A stretch of DNA of 64,000 nt from Eledone cirrhosa (Eukaryota): assembly GCA_964016885.1 (NCBI GenBank), contig OZ024749.1, forward strand, positions 18,104,001 through 18,168,000, read 5' to 3'. The notes beneath the pieces were generated by a model. The model was not told the DNA's origin. It saw only the letters and a list, made by a program, of their open reading frames with translations, and made no database searches. Position numbers and translations under genes: made by a program. This document shows positions 36,811 through 51,938 of the stretch, piece after piece; positions within the stretch are counted from its first letter, which is position 1, and the number at the start of each line of letters is the position of its first letter.

Positions 36811-37688
36811 CATCTGCATATTCATCAAAATAATTTGAAATATTTGTTTTTCCTTTCTTCCCTTTCTCTCTTTTTCCTTTCACTATCCAGGAGAAACTTG
36901 AACTGTTAAGGTATCATTCCTGGGTATGTCACTATTTATAAAACAAACTTTGTATTTTATCTGATGAGAGCGTACCAAAGTAGTAGTACCTTAACTAGAC
37001 ACAAATTCGGCCTACTTATGAGGTGATGAGTTAGCAAAGCACTCGATAAGTTAGGTTCTTAGAGTAATAACATATGTTTAAATAGCTTGACAAATCTAAC
37101 ATTGTGGACCTAACTTATCGAGTGCTTTGCTAACTCATCACCTCATAAGTAGGCCAAATTTGCTTGCAAACCGCCAGAGATTCGATTTTACTAAATATCC
37201 AATTATATTATTCTCCTAGATTTAATAATTAACTAATTAATTTAATTAGACAATTCTATTGATTGGTTAATTATTTATGTTTGTTTTATAACATCTGGTC
37301 GAGAGCTTATTCTGATGATTAGCGGGAATTAAAATATTTCCTTTGTCTAACATTTTGAATGACCCACCAAAAAACCGGGGGTTATTTCCCTTGCTGGAAT
37401 TAACACGTGACAGCTATAGATACGATACGCCACGACACAGCAGCAACATTGGTAGAACGAAAACCTGTTGATAAAATGAATCCTCTGTTCGATTAAAAAT
37501 ACCCGGAGCTTGCCAGTCATGTAAGTCTGATATTTGATTTTGGATTCATAGAAACACTTTTAAGCATATAATCGTTTGATTTGTCTAGGTGTATTTTTCT
37601 CAACCTGTTAGTTCTATCGTTACTTTGGTATGTTATTGTGGGTTAGATTTTGCCTACCACAATGTTAGATTTGTCAAGCTATTTAAAC

Positions 37689-37728
<40 letters not shown>

Positions 37729-37832
37729 TTGCAAGAGATGTCAACATGAAAGGACCTGTTATTTTTATCTAAAGACATTTTTTTCCAATTCCATCCCGCC
37801 CGTCCCTTCAATCTATTTTATTTCTCATTCTT

Positions 37833-37868
37833 TCTTCTCATGAAGGACTAGCGTCCAAAACGTTAAGA
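37833..37868 (+). ncRNA. Degenerate minimal hammerhead ribozyme (Penelope type)
   Basis: TCTT-CTcATGA-A-GGAC tagc GTCC-aAAACGTT-AAGA. The paralog at 44979-45006 supplies CTGATGA and GAA. Confidence 0.65.
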
Positions 37869-38247
37869 CCCTCTTCCTGCTATATCAATCGTTTACCTAA
37901 TATATCCCTTCCATATACTGTACCGATTGTGTTGTTATTTCTGTTTACCTTTTATATATGTATGTATATATATATATATAGTATGTATGTATATATACTA
38001 TATGTATATTGGTGTGTTTTTCATTATGTATTTTCCCCTTCCTCAATGCTACTCTCTATCATGCACCCTATATTGAGTACTAAACTCTTGTCAACATCAC
38101 AGCTGCCAGCTACAGTTGTAAGTAGAAGCTTTAATCACAATTAGGCGTAGATTATATACATTATTTATTATATACACACCTCTCTAACTATATATATATA
38201 TATACACACACACACACATATATATATATACACACATATATATATAT

Positions 38248-38282
<35 letters not shown>

Positions 38283-38679
38283 CACACTCACACACATATA
38301 TATATATACACACGCACACACATACACATATATATATATATATACACAAAGACACACACACATATATATATATATACAGATATATACACACATACACATA
38401 CACACATATATATACACACACACATGTACACATATATACACACACACTATTTAACTTGTGCAACAGACTCTTCATGAGGACTTGATCTGATTAGATTTGA
38501 CCAGCTTTTAACATGACGTGTACATTCTTCAGCATCTGGTGGATGTGGTATTTCAGGATGACGGTGTTGTGATCATGATCTAGGAACTGGTTTATGAAGG
38601 AATGGTAGACACAGGCATATATAGGGAAACAAATGGGTATGTTATATACACAAGATGTGGAGGTGGGCGGTAATTAAAT

Positions 38680-38812
38680 TTCAACCAGCTAATCCCATAT
38701 TCCTGGTTTGTGTCCTTAAGCTGCCAGATTTTATTGGCCAGCGTTGTTGAGTTCTCTAGTCTACGGTTCTTCATAGAGTGTCTGTGAACATACCATCTTT
38801 TTTAAATCTTTT
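38680..38812 (-). mobile_element. Penelope-like GIY-YIG fragment; paralog at ~45720-45850
   Basis: FKKRWYVHRHSMKNRRLENSTTLANKIWQLKDTNQEYGISW. Confidence 0.7.
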
Positions 38813-38840
38813 ATGTATATATATATATAAATATATACAT

Positions 38841-39183
38841 GGAGGCACATGGCTTAGTGGTTAGAGCATTGGCCTTGCAATCGAAAGGTTGTGAGTTCAA
38901 TTCTCAGACCGGGTGATGTGTTGTTTCCTTGAGCAAGGCACTTTATTTCACAGTGCTCCAGTTTACTCAGCTGTAGAAATGAGATGATAGGGACTGGGGT
39001 CCCTATCATTCAACTGCAAAGTGGTCATGGAGGTGCCACGGCAAAAAAGCACCCAGCACTCACTGTAAATGAGTTTGGTGTTAGGAAGGGCATCCAGCTG
39101 TAGAAATCAAGCCAGAATCAGTTCCCGTCCCACCCTTGCAAGCAGGGAAAAGTGGACGTAAAATGAAATGATGATGATGATGA
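38841..39183 (+). mobile_element. Full-length tRNA-derived SINE (family B) with RTE-derived tail
   Basis: A box tggcttagtgg, B box gagttcaattc, CORE-like ttccttgagcaaggcactt, tail ggaagggcatccagctgtagaaa..gacgtaaaa(atg)n. Confidence 0.9.
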
Positions 39184-40003
39184 TATATATATGTATATAT
39201 CATCATCATCATCATCATCATTTCATTTTCATATATATATGTATATATATATTTATGTATGTATATATATGTATATATATATATATGTGTATATGTATAT
39301 ATGTGTGTGTGTGTGTATGTATGTATATATATTTATATATGTATATGTGTGTGTGTATATGTGTATGTGTGTGTATATATATTTATATATGTATATGTTA
39401 AACCGGTGTTGACATGTCACCAGGAGAGGAGATGATAGCTACGTTAGAAAGTCCTATCAGAATGAATTTTTCACTAAACTACCATAGAGTAGACCTCCCA
39501 AGAGATAGAAAGATATAATTTATAGAACATGCTGGAATACTACTGTTTACATTGGAGAGAATTACTCTGGACAGGAAAGTTTATATCTACAGTTTATCAA
39601 TATAGAAATATAAAATTTCCACTGTTAAGCCTATCTCTGCTTCTGAAGTATTCTCTATTATCTCATACTGTTTCTTTTTCATTTCAGAATACCAGATGAC
39701 ATTGGGATAAATTATTATTTTCAATCTCAGATACATCAACTCTATTTATCATCATTTGAAGACTAAAATATTTTAAACAGAAATTATATAACAGTTTATA
39801 TAAATCTATAGTTCAATTACTGTGAACTGAGTTTATTTTCATCACTATGAGATTATTTTGTATTTTAACTAAGCTTGGGTGAAACATAAGTTTGTATTAT
39901 CTTCAGATATTAACTGAAATCACAGAAGAAGAAATATTTTTAGGAATATAATATAAGAAATATTACAAGTAAAACATTTGTATATTCAGCTGAAGAAAAT
40001 ATC

Positions 40004-41180
<1,177 letters not shown>

Positions 41181-41500
41181 CAAAGTCATATCTCATTATC
41201 TCAAAATGGTGAAATAATTAAACAAATACATTTATATGAGTGATATTGGGGAGAAATTATTCTCTTTCATTGCTACATCAACTACATAGAAACATATATA
41301 TACTAGAGAAAAGCCATATCACTGTAATATTTGTGGTAAATTATCATCTGCATATTCATCAAAATAATTTGAAATATTTGTTTTTTCCTTTCTTCCCTGT
41401 TTCTCTCTTTCCTTTCACTATCTAGGAGAAACTTGGACCGTTAAGGTATCATTCCGGGATATGTCACTATTTATAAAACAAATTCTGTATTTTATTTGTA

Positions 41501-41560
41501 TTTTATCTGATGAGGGCGTACCAAAGTTTTGGTATCCTTGAAATATATATAATAGAATAA
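41501..41560 (+). ncRNA. Hammerhead-like motif in a Penelope-like terminal repeat
   Basis: CTGATGA-gggcgtaccaaa gt tttggtatcctt-GAAA-tatata. Related copies at 36961 (truncated), 61160-61200 (minus) and 61346-61385. Confidence 0.5.
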
Positions 41561-41620
41561 ATATGGTTTAATAAATAAAGTTTCCATTTATTAATATCAT
41601 TGATATATATATATATAAAT

Positions 41621-44600
41621 CATCATCATCATCATGGTTTAACGTCCATCTTCCACGCTAGACGGGAGTTGTGCCACTTGAGGCAAAGTTGGTCGGGTGA
41701 CCGTGTCTCGCTCGTATAGGACTGGCAGGCTTTCTACAGCTGAATGCCCTTCCTAACACCAACCACCTTTACAGTGTGGAACTGGGAACTTTTTACCGTG
41801 TTACCTACATGGCCACATTACAGTGTGGACTGTTTTTTTTTCTCGTGACACCTACACGATCTCGATCTCATTATCTCATTTATTTGGACTGGATGTTGTG
41901 GTACCAACTTTACAGAGAGAGGGTGGTGTTGGTGGAAGTGGGAGGATAGGGTATGTATAGTGGATTGGGGTGTATATTTGGTTAGGAGGTCCCTACTGAC
42001 TGTAGGTTTCGATTTGTACATAGGCAAGGCGGGTCTTCTGTATTACTGCGTAGCGCCAAAGATCTCGGTCCAGTGACATTGTCTTAGAGAGGTGCAAGTG
42101 TGTAAGGTCGGAATTTATCAGATCCTCTGCACGTAATGCCCATGTCTCACTGCCATGTAGCATTGCTGTTCGCATACAGGCATCATTCAATCGGCCTTTC
42201 ATTTTTAGAGCGAAACCTTTTGTGGCCAACAGTCGTATAAGCTCTCTGAACTTTTTCCATCCCATTCTGACTCCGTACTTTCAGAACACCCTCCACCACT
42301 GCTGATTTCATCACCCAGGTAACGGAAAGTGTCTACTATTTCTATAGAACCACCTGGGCAATAGAAGGAGCTAGTATCCTGTGGACACTTGCTACTTATT
42401 GCACCTGAGCATTGGCCACATATAAAGTCTACGTTCTTAGATAGTTTACCTGCGATCCCACTACATCTTTTATGTACCCATACTTTGCATTTGGGACATA
42501 AAATGGAATTTCTGCCTACTTCTTTCCTGCACACTGAGCATGGCCATTTCCCAGAGGGCACCTGTGCCCTATTTTCCTAGAACTTTAGTCTTAGACAAGT
42601 TAACTTTAAGGCCTTTTGATTCTAGGCCATGTTTCCATGTTTGGAATTTCTTCTCTAGTTCAGCCATTGATTCAGCTATGAGCGTTAGATCATCTGCATA
42701 TAGGAGTTCCCATGGGCAGCCGGTCTTGAACTCCTCTGTTATAGCCTGAAGGGTAATAATAAATAGGAGGGGGCTAAGGACTGAGCCTTGATGAACGCCA
42801 ACTTTTACACTAAATTCTTCACAATATTCATTGTTAATTCTAACCTTACTGACTGTTTCATTATACATAGTTTGTATAGCTCTCACAAGCCATTCATCTA
42901 CACCTAGTTTTCTAAGAGCCCACCAGATAATGGAGCGGGGGACTCTGTCAAAGGCTTTCTCCAGGTCTACAAAAGCTAAGTAGAGGGGTTTACTTTTAGC
43001 TAGGTACTTCTCTTGTAGTTGTCGTACAAGAAAAAGAGTGTCTGTGGTACTTTTACCTGACACAAACCCAAACAGCATTTCATCTAGATTAATTCGCTCT
43101 CTGATTAGTTGCGCTATAACTCTTTCTATGACCTTCATGACCTGGTCAACTAACTTAATGTCTCTATAGTTTCCCCTATCTAGAGCATCCCCTTTACCCT
43201 TGTAGCAGTTAATGATGCTGCTGCTATGCCAGTCTTTCGGTATGACCCCATTCTGTATTACTTGGTTAACTATACGGGTGACCATAGTGTGTCCCACCAT
43301 TCCAGATGCCTTCAACATCTCACCAACTATCTCCGAAGGCCCAGCTGCCTTGCCTTCATATTTTTGATTGCCTTACTTATTATACTACCTTTAACTTGCA
43401 CTGCTGGTCCTTCTATTGGAGCAGACTATCTTTTTCCCATTTATTCTCCTCATTTAATAGTCTCTCGTAGTGACACTTCCAGGCTATCTTCTTATCAATA
43501 TCAGTGAGGGCAAGTACACCATTATCATTATGGACTCACTTCTCCCCGACAATATCACGGTTTTCCTTGACACATTGTCTAGCAATCCTGAACACCTCAT
43601 GTTTTTGGTCCTCACGTTGTAGAACATGCTTGAACTTTCTATCCTCTGCTTCCCTTTTTGCAAAGTACACTTGTGTCCTAGCTTCTCTCCTGGCCACTTG
43701 ATAGTGCTCTCTACTTCCCCCATCCTGACATACTTTCCAAGCCTGCTTGTTGGCCTTTATTGTCTCCTCCACCTTACTGTTCCACCATCAAGTTACTCTC
43801 CTCCTGCCAATAGGTCTGCTCCAGCCACAGATTTCATCCGTTGCTTTCAGCAGGTTCACTTTCGGGAATTGCCACTGTTCCTCTATATCGCACGTCTCTA
43901 ATTGCTCTTCCTTATTGTCAAAGGCATCAAGTAATAAGCTTTTAAATTTGTCACTGGCTATGGGGTCCTTCAACTTCCATATTCTTCTCCTCAAGGTAGG
44001 CCTCCTCTGTCGTTGAGTACATCTATTCCTGACTATGAGGTCACTAACTACTAGACTATGTTGGGAGGTGCATTCTTCATGGGGGAGGGATTTAGTGTTT
44101 ACAACAGATACTTTGTCCCGTCTTCTAGTAAGGATATAATCTATCTGGCTGGCGTGTTCCCCTGATCAAGTGGATTTCACATTTTTTAAAATTTGTGTTA
44201 CAGATAGTGAGGCTATTTGCGTCACAGAATTCCAGGATTCTGAAGCCTTCCTCATTTCTATTTCCAACCCCATAGCCTCCATGGATTCCATCATAGCCAT
44301 CACTATGTTGTCCAACGTGACCGTTTAGATTGCCAGCGATAATTAAGTAGTCGCTGTCGGTTATTTGGGAGGTAGTGTGCATTAGCATCTCATAGAACCT
44401 GTCCTTTATAACATCAGGTAGACCAGATTGTGGTGCATAAGCGGATATTATTGCCACAGTAGTTCTATTTAGAACTAGTCTTAATTTAATTATTCTGTCA
44501 TTCACACTATTTATATCAATTACCTTATCTACCCATTTTTCAGCTAACATAATTCCTACACCACCCTGTCCTCTTGTCATTTCCCACCAAGAAAAGTTTA

Positions 44601-44858
44601 TAGCATCATTTTTTTACCCACGATGAATCTAGCAGACCCCACTCTCCACCTAGTCTCTTGAATACAACAAACATCAACTTCTTTACGTTCATTCATCTCT
44701 ACAACCTCATTTGAGTGACCTTTCAATGTGCCTACGTTCATGGTACCAACTCTGAAGTTGGGAGGGTGGGATGGATGGGTTGGGGGGCAGGAAGGGGTGT
44801 GGGAGACGGAATTTTGTTGGTCATCCGTGTCTGAAATAAAGAGGGGTCCTTGTATTCT
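41621..44858 (-). mobile_element. Near full-length RTE LINE (APE endonuclease + RT), inactivated
   Basis: VGTMNVGTL, CIQETRW, SAYAPQ, GNLNGHVG, AFVDLEKAFDRV, GVHQGSVLSPLLF, LLYADDL; (ATG)n tail at 41621; frameshifts. Confidence 0.96.
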
Positions 44859-45051
44859 CTCTATATATATAATTTTGCAAGAGATGTCAACATGAAAGGA
44901 CCTATTATTTTTATCTAAAGACATTTTTACCAATTCCATCCCGCCCGTCCCTTCAATCTATTTCTCATTCTCATTCTTTCTTCTGATGAAGGACTAGCGT
45001 CCGAATATCCCTTCCATATACAGTACCGCTTGTGTTGTTATTCCTGTTTAC

Positions 45052-45104
<53 letters not shown>

Positions 45105-45409
45105 TCATCATCATCATCATCATATATATATATATAGTATATATGTTTATATACTGTATATATATTGGTGTGTTTTTCATTATGTATTTTCCCCTTCCTC
45201 AATGCTACTCTCTATCATGCACCCTATATTGAGTACTACATTCAACATCACAGCTGCCAGCTACAGTTGTAAGCTGCAAAGTAGAAGTTTTAATCATGAT
45301 TAGGCATAGATTATATACATTAGTTATTATATACACACCTCTCTAACTGTATATATATATATATACACACACACACATATATATATACACACACACACAC
45401 ACACATATG

Positions 45410-45441
<32 letters not shown>

Positions 45442-45880
45442 CACACACACATATACACACATACACACACACATATATATACACATACACACATACTATT
45501 TACCCTGTGCAACAGACTCTTCATGAGGACTTGATCTGATTGGATTTGACCAGCTTTTAACATGACGTGTGCATTCTTCAGCATCTGGTGGATGTGGTAT
45601 TTCAGGATGACGGTGTTGTGATCATGATCTAGGAACTGGTTTATGAAGGAACGCTAGACACAGGCATATCTAGGGAAACAAATGGGTATGTTATATACAC
45701 AAGATGTGGAGGTGGGCGGTAATTAAATTTCGACCAGCTAATCCCATATTCCTGGTTTGTGTCCTTAAGCTGCCAGATTTTATTGGCTAACGAGTTCTCT
45801 AGTCTACGGTTCTTCATAGAGTGTCTGTGAACATACCATCTTTTTTTTATCTTTTATGTATATATATATATATATATACA

Positions 45881-46210
45881 TAGAAGCACATGGCTTAGTG
45901 GTTAGAGCATTGGCCTTGCAATCGAAAGGTTGTGAGTTTAATTCTCAGACCAGGTGATGTGTTGTTTCCTTGAGCAAGACACTTTATTTCACATTGCTCC
46001 AGTTTACTCAGCTGTAGAAATGAGATGATAGGACTGGGGTCCCTATCATTCCACTGCAAAGTGGTCGTGAAGGTCCCATGGCAAAAAAGCATCCAACAGT
46101 AAATGAGGTTGGTGTTAGGAAGGGCATCCAGCTGTAGAAATCAAGCCAGAATCTGTTCCCATCCCACCCTTGCAAGCAGAGAAAAGCAGACGTAAAATGA
46201 TGATAATGAT
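45881..46210 (+). mobile_element. SINE family B (duplicate of 38841-39183)
   Basis: Same head, body and tail, and the same upstream flank. Confidence 0.88.
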
Positions 46211-46504
46211 AGTTCTGGTGATAAACACAGTGAAGTAGGCAGAATCTGGGTCAAATCTGGCCCTAGTTGGCCCCCATTGCGCTTTGCTCCGGTGAGGACT
46301 GTTGGGTATTTTACAGCTGGAGGCCCTTCCTAACACAAACCACACAAAGCAGGAATATAAATAAAGGGAGACTTTACCTTGATGATGAGCGAAAGTATAG
46401 GGTCAGAAAAATCTGACAGTTTGTGACCCCTAAACAGGACATCAAGTAATACATGGTTCCATGGTTGAGAAAGGATCTGCCTTTCTAGAGAGAGAGAGGA
46501 AGAA

Positions 46505-46830
46505 AAGCTTTACCTCACATATCATTTACATTACTCTATATATACTATTGTATTTTCACAGTAAAGGTTTACCTCACATAATATCTCATATAACATTCAC
46601 ATTACTCTATATATACTATTGTATTTTCACAGTCAAGTCTTTACCTCACATAATATCTCACATATCAATTACATTACTCTATATATACTATTGTATTTTC
46701 ACAGGAAAGGTTTACCTCACATAACATCTCACATAACATTCACATTACTCTATATATACTATTGTATTTTCACAGTAAAGTCTTTACCTCACATAATATC
46801 TCACATAACATTTACATTACTCTATATATA
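46505..46830. repeat. ~72-bp minisatellite; resumes at 50764-50950
   Basis: tttacctcacataatatctcacataacatttacattactctatatatactattgtattttcacagtaaag; period 71-72 (46571, 46643, 46714, 46786). Confidence 0.9.
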
Positions 46831-46934
46831 CATGAAGTTATTGAAGAGATACACTCTACTCTGAAAGGCTAAAATGAATCACTAGAGCTGATTAGCCACG
46901 TTCCAGCCATCCATCCATACATATCTTGTCAGGT

Positions 46935-47645
46935 ATCCCTATTTCCCCAATTGCAAATGTTCTGCTCGCAACTATTGCTGTATTTATCACTTCGCTAGTT
47001 CCCACAACGCATTTATTTTGTTACCCTCATTTTCTCTACCATGCTGCCTCTCTGTCTGTCTACTTTTCCATCAAAGGCCATGACTGGCTACTTTTATCCT
47101 TACGGGGTCGATAAAATAAAGTGCCAGTAATGCACTGGGTAATTGCTGGCCTTGTGCCTAAAGTAGAAACGATTATTATTGTAGCTGCATTCATTTCTAT
47201 CGGTTATCTTGCCATGCTGTATTCACTTCTATCGGTTATTTTGATATCCATGACTCCCTATTTCCCCAATTGCAAATGTTCTGCTCGCAACTATTGCTGT
47301 ATTTATCACTTCGCTAGCTCCTACAACACATTTATTTTGTTACCCTCATTTTCTCTACCATGCTGCTTCTCTATCTGTCTACTTTTCCATCAAAGGCTAC
47401 AGGCCATAACTGGCTATTATTATTATTGTAGCTGCATCCCTTTACAGTCTGAGTTCAAATCCCGCCGAGGTTAATTTTGCCTTTTTATCCTTACGGGGTC
47501 GATAAAATAAAGTACCAGTAATGTACTGAGTAATTGCTGACTTTGTGTCTAAAGTAGAAACAATTATTATTGTAGCTACATTCATTTCTATTGGTTATCT
47601 TGCCATGCTGTATTCACTTCTATCGGTTATTTTGATATCCATGAC
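46935..47645. repeat. Local tandem duplication containing SINE A pieces
   Basis: tccctatttccccaattgcaaatgttctgctcgcaac at ~46936 and ~47255; SINE tail plus flank at ~47093-47254 and ~47484-47646. Confidence 0.8.
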
Positions 47646-50600
47646 TAGATGGAGTGGAGAGTCTGCTAGAGTCCTTGTAGGAAAAAGTCAGTGTTACAAA
47701 TCTGGGTGGGAAATGACGATGGGATGGGTGGTGTAGGTATACTACTAGTTGACAAGTGGGTAGATAAAGTAATCTCAGTGTACAGGGTAAATGCAAGAAT
47801 CATTAAACTCAGACTAGTCCTGAATAAAACAATTACCACAATAATATCAGCTTACGCACCCCAATCGGGGTTGCCAGACGAACTTAAGGATAGGTTTTAC
47901 GAGTCCCATTAGGGACTACTGCTCTAACAAATGACAATGACTTCCTAATCATTGCAGGAGATTTTAACGGACACGTAGGTAAACACTGTAATGGCTTCAA
48001 TAGAGTCCATGGAGGCCACGGGGTTGGCACAAAAAATGAAGAAGGATTCAGACTTCTAGAATTCTGCGACACCAATGACATGTCGATATGTAATACAAAC
48101 TTAAAAAAACCCAACAACCACCTGATCACCTATAGATCAGGGGAGCATTCTAGTCAGATAAATTTTATCCTCATCAGATGACGTGGCAGATGGATGGTCG
48201 TAAACACAAAAGCCTACCCTAGTGAGGAATGTACCTCCCAACATAGCTTAGTTGTCAGCGACCTCACGGTCAGAAGTAGACAAACCTGGAAACAGAGGCC
48301 AACCTGGAGAAGAAAGATCTGGAAGCTGAAAGACCCCTCAGCGAGTAACAGATTTGAAGATATTTTACTCAACGCCTACGACAGTAAAGAAGAACAGATA
48401 GAGACATTCAATGTTGAAGAGCACTGGGAGTTCCTAAAAATACCTTACTAGAGGCGATGGATGAGGTCTGTGGCTGGAGTAAGACCACAAGCAGGAGGAG
48501 AGTGACTTGGTGGTGGAACAATAAGGTAGATGAGGCATTTAAGGCCAAGAGACAGGCATGGAAAAAAATGGAAGAATGAGGGGAGCAGGGTACATTACTT
48601 AGAGACCAAGAGGGAAGCTAGGCAACAAGTATACTTAGCTAGGAGGGAAGCAGAGGATAGAAAATTCAAGCATGTTTTGCAACGTTAGGACCAGAAACAG
48701 GAGGTGTTCAAGATTGCGAGGCAGTGTGTCAGAGAGAATTGTGATGTCATTGGAGAGAATGATAAAGGTGAGCTTGCCCTCACAAGTGCTGAGAAGAAAG
48801 ATGCATGGAAGAGTCATTATGATAGATTACTAAATGAGGAGAATGCATGGGAAGAAGAGACTCTACCCCAAGTAGACCCTATAGAGGGGCCAGCAGTACA
48901 AGTCAGCAGCAACGTAGTAAGTAAGGCAATCAAAGATATGAAGATGGGGAAGGCAACCGGTCCATCGGGTATAGCTGCTGAGATGCTGAAGGCATCTGGG
49001 TCTGTAGGTCACACAATAACCACACGTATTGTTAACCAGGTAATACTAGAAGGTGTCATACCAAAAGATTGGTGCAGTAGCATCATTGTCAACTGCTACA
49101 AAGGTAAAGGTGATGCACTAGATAGAGGTATAAAGCTGATGGACCAGGTCATGAAAGTAACAGAAAGAGTTATAGCACAGTTGATTAGGGACCGGGTTAC
49201 AGGAAAACTACCTAGCTAAAAGTAAGCCACTCTACCTGGCATTCGTAGATCTCGAGAAAGCCTTTGACAGAGTTCCACGTGCTGTAATCTGGTGGGCTCT
49301 TAGAAAACTAGGAGTAGATGAATGGCTTGTGAAAGCTGTACAAGCCATGTATAGGGGAGCAGTCAGCAAAGTTAGGATTAGCAATGAGTATAGCGAGGAA
49401 TTTAGCGTACAGGTTGGTGTCCACTAGGGCTCTCTTCTTAGTCCTCTCCTGTTCATCATAGTCGCTTCAGGCAATAACGGAGGAGTTTAAGACCGGATGC
49501 CCATGAGAACTCCTGTATGCTGATGACCTCGCACTTAGAGCTGAATCTATGGTAGAACTAGAGAAGAAATTCCAAATTTGGAAGCAGGGACTAGAAAGAA
49601 AGGGTCTCAAAGTCAACATGACAAAGACTAAGGTCCTTGTAAGTAGACGAGAAAACAGAACCCAGATCCCCTCAGGGAAATGGCCTTGCTCAGTATGTAG
49701 GTAAGGTGTAGGTAGGAACTCCATTCTCTGCCCCAAATGCAAACAATGGGTACACAAGAGATGTAGCGGGATCTCAGGAAGCTTAATTAAGAATGTAGGC
49801 TTCACATGCAGCAGCTGTGCTGGGACAGCAAACAGCCACAGGAAACAAGTACCACCAATCTCTGGGAGGGCCCTGTAGAGACAGTAGACAGCTTCTGCTA
49901 CCTAGGTGACCGAATTAGCAGCGAAGATGGGTGTTCAGAAAGTACAATAACTAGGGTAAGAACGGGATGGAAGAAGTTCAGCCACTGCTAGCTGCAAAAG
50001 GCTTCTCCCTCAAAATGAAAGGCAGACTGTATGATGCGTGTATCCAAACAGCAATGTTACATGGTAGTGAGACCTGGGCGCTGAAGGTGGAAGACTTACG
50101 TAGATTAGAAAGAAATGAAGCCTGCATGCTCCGATGGATGTGTAATAGTAATATACGTGAATGACAAAGCATAAATGAATTGAGAGAGAGACTGAGCATA
50201 AGAGGAATCAAATGCTGTGTGCAGGAGAGGTGGTTGCGCTGGTATGGACATGTGATGCGTATGAAGGATGACAGCTGCATAAAAAGGTGCAGAGCACTAG
50301 AAGTCAATGGAAACCGCGGAGTGGGGAGACCGAAGAAGACCTGGGATGAGGTGATAAAAGCCGATCTTACCCAATTACACCTCTCCAAGGCGATGACACA
50401 CGACCGTGACCTCTGGCATCACGCAGTAATACAGAGTACCCGACCTCCCATGGGTACAAGCTGAAGCATATAGACAATATGCCCCCACACCCTCCCACTG
50501 CAAGGTGGTTGTGGAGGTGCCACGACAAAAAAGCACCCAGCCCACACTGTAAAGTGGACGTGTAGGCGCCACGGAAAAAGCACCCAGCACTCACTGTAAA

Positions 50601-50763
50601 TGAGGTTGGTGTTAGGAAGGGCATCCAGCTGTAGAAATCAAGCCAAAATCAGTTCCTGTATGAGCAAGGCATGGTCAGCCGACCAGACACTGCCCACAAC
50701 AGGACAACCCATCTAACCCATGCTAGCATGGAAGAACGGACGTAAAACGGTGATGATGATGAT
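47643..50763 (+). mobile_element. Near full-length RTE LINE, inactivated
   Basis: GGVGILL..SAYAPQSG, AGDFNGHVG, AFVDLEKAFDRV, LLYADDL, RWYGHVMRM; 3' UTR and (ATG)n tail; stops and an internal deletion near 49198. Confidence 0.96.
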
Positions 50764-51938
50764 GTTACTATTGTATTTTTACAGTAAAGGCTTTACCTCA
50801 CATAATATCTCACATAACATTTACATTACTCTATATATACTATTGTATTTTCACAGTAAAGCCTTTACCTCACATAATATCTCACATAACAATTACAATA
50901 CTCTATATATACTATTGTATTTTCACAGTAAAGGCTTTATCTTACATAATATCCAATCTATGAGATTTTGAAAGTATTTATTTTGAGAACAATACCATAA
51001 CATCAGTTTGAGTGACCAGTTACAGCCAGTTTCAACAGAAAGAGGTAGAGAATTCTGGCTGGGTTTGGCCGGTTTGAACATTAAAGGATTAATAGGCTGA
51101 TAGGACAATAGTTCCCACAATCAAGTCTGCTACCTTTTTATCTGCTTTCTTGAACATGTCTGGGCTTTTTTCCTGTAGTGATAAAACAGTTAAAAAGATG
51201 TTGAAGTACTTTGATAATTGCTTCACCTCCAGCTTTGATGGATCTGTACTTACCTGTGAGAGGATCGTTGGTGTTGAGGTAGTCCAACATATGAAGGAGA
51301 CACTGTACTGAGTCTTGTTGTCCAATACAGAGATTCTGTGGAAGAGAGAGGAATCACCAACAAATTCTTGCTTGATATATATATATATAGAAATATATAT
51401 ATCTAAAGTCTGTCTTAAGCCAGAAGGCTCATTTGGCCGGAGCTTATCCCGGTTTCATGGCGTGAATCGACTGAGAGTACAACCGGTCCATCACAGGGTT
51501 ATGTAAACTATATATTAAGCAACTGAGAGTACAAGACTCCCCCCTGGACAGGACACCAGTCCATTGCAGGGTTATGTAAAGTATATATTAAGCAAGTGAG
51601 AGTACAAGACTTCTCCCAGGACAGGACACCAGTCCATTGCAGGTTAAACCTCCAGCTATTGCTGGTACTCATTTTCAGCTGAGTATACTGGAACAACGTG
51701 AAATGAAGTGAAGAACACAACACGCAACCCAGGAATCGAGCCCACAACATTATGACCGTAAGTCCAACACCCTTACCACTAGGACACGTGCCTCCACACA
51801 TATATATATATATATGTATGTAGACCACCTGTGACCCGTTGGGTAACGTTCACCTCAAAATAATTTTATACAGACATGTACATAATGAATGTGAAACTGG
51901 AAGGCCCATATATATATATATATACGTGTGTGTATATA

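Noticed and set aside
38841-38915. tRNA genes
   Set aside because: The tRNA-like A/B boxes are SINE heads continuing into SINE bodies; no complete cloverleaf.
38184-39412. Y/I/C/V-rich ORFs, and the F-rich ORFs at 15.5-19 kb
   Set aside because: Translations of TA/CA microsatellites and T-rich repeats.
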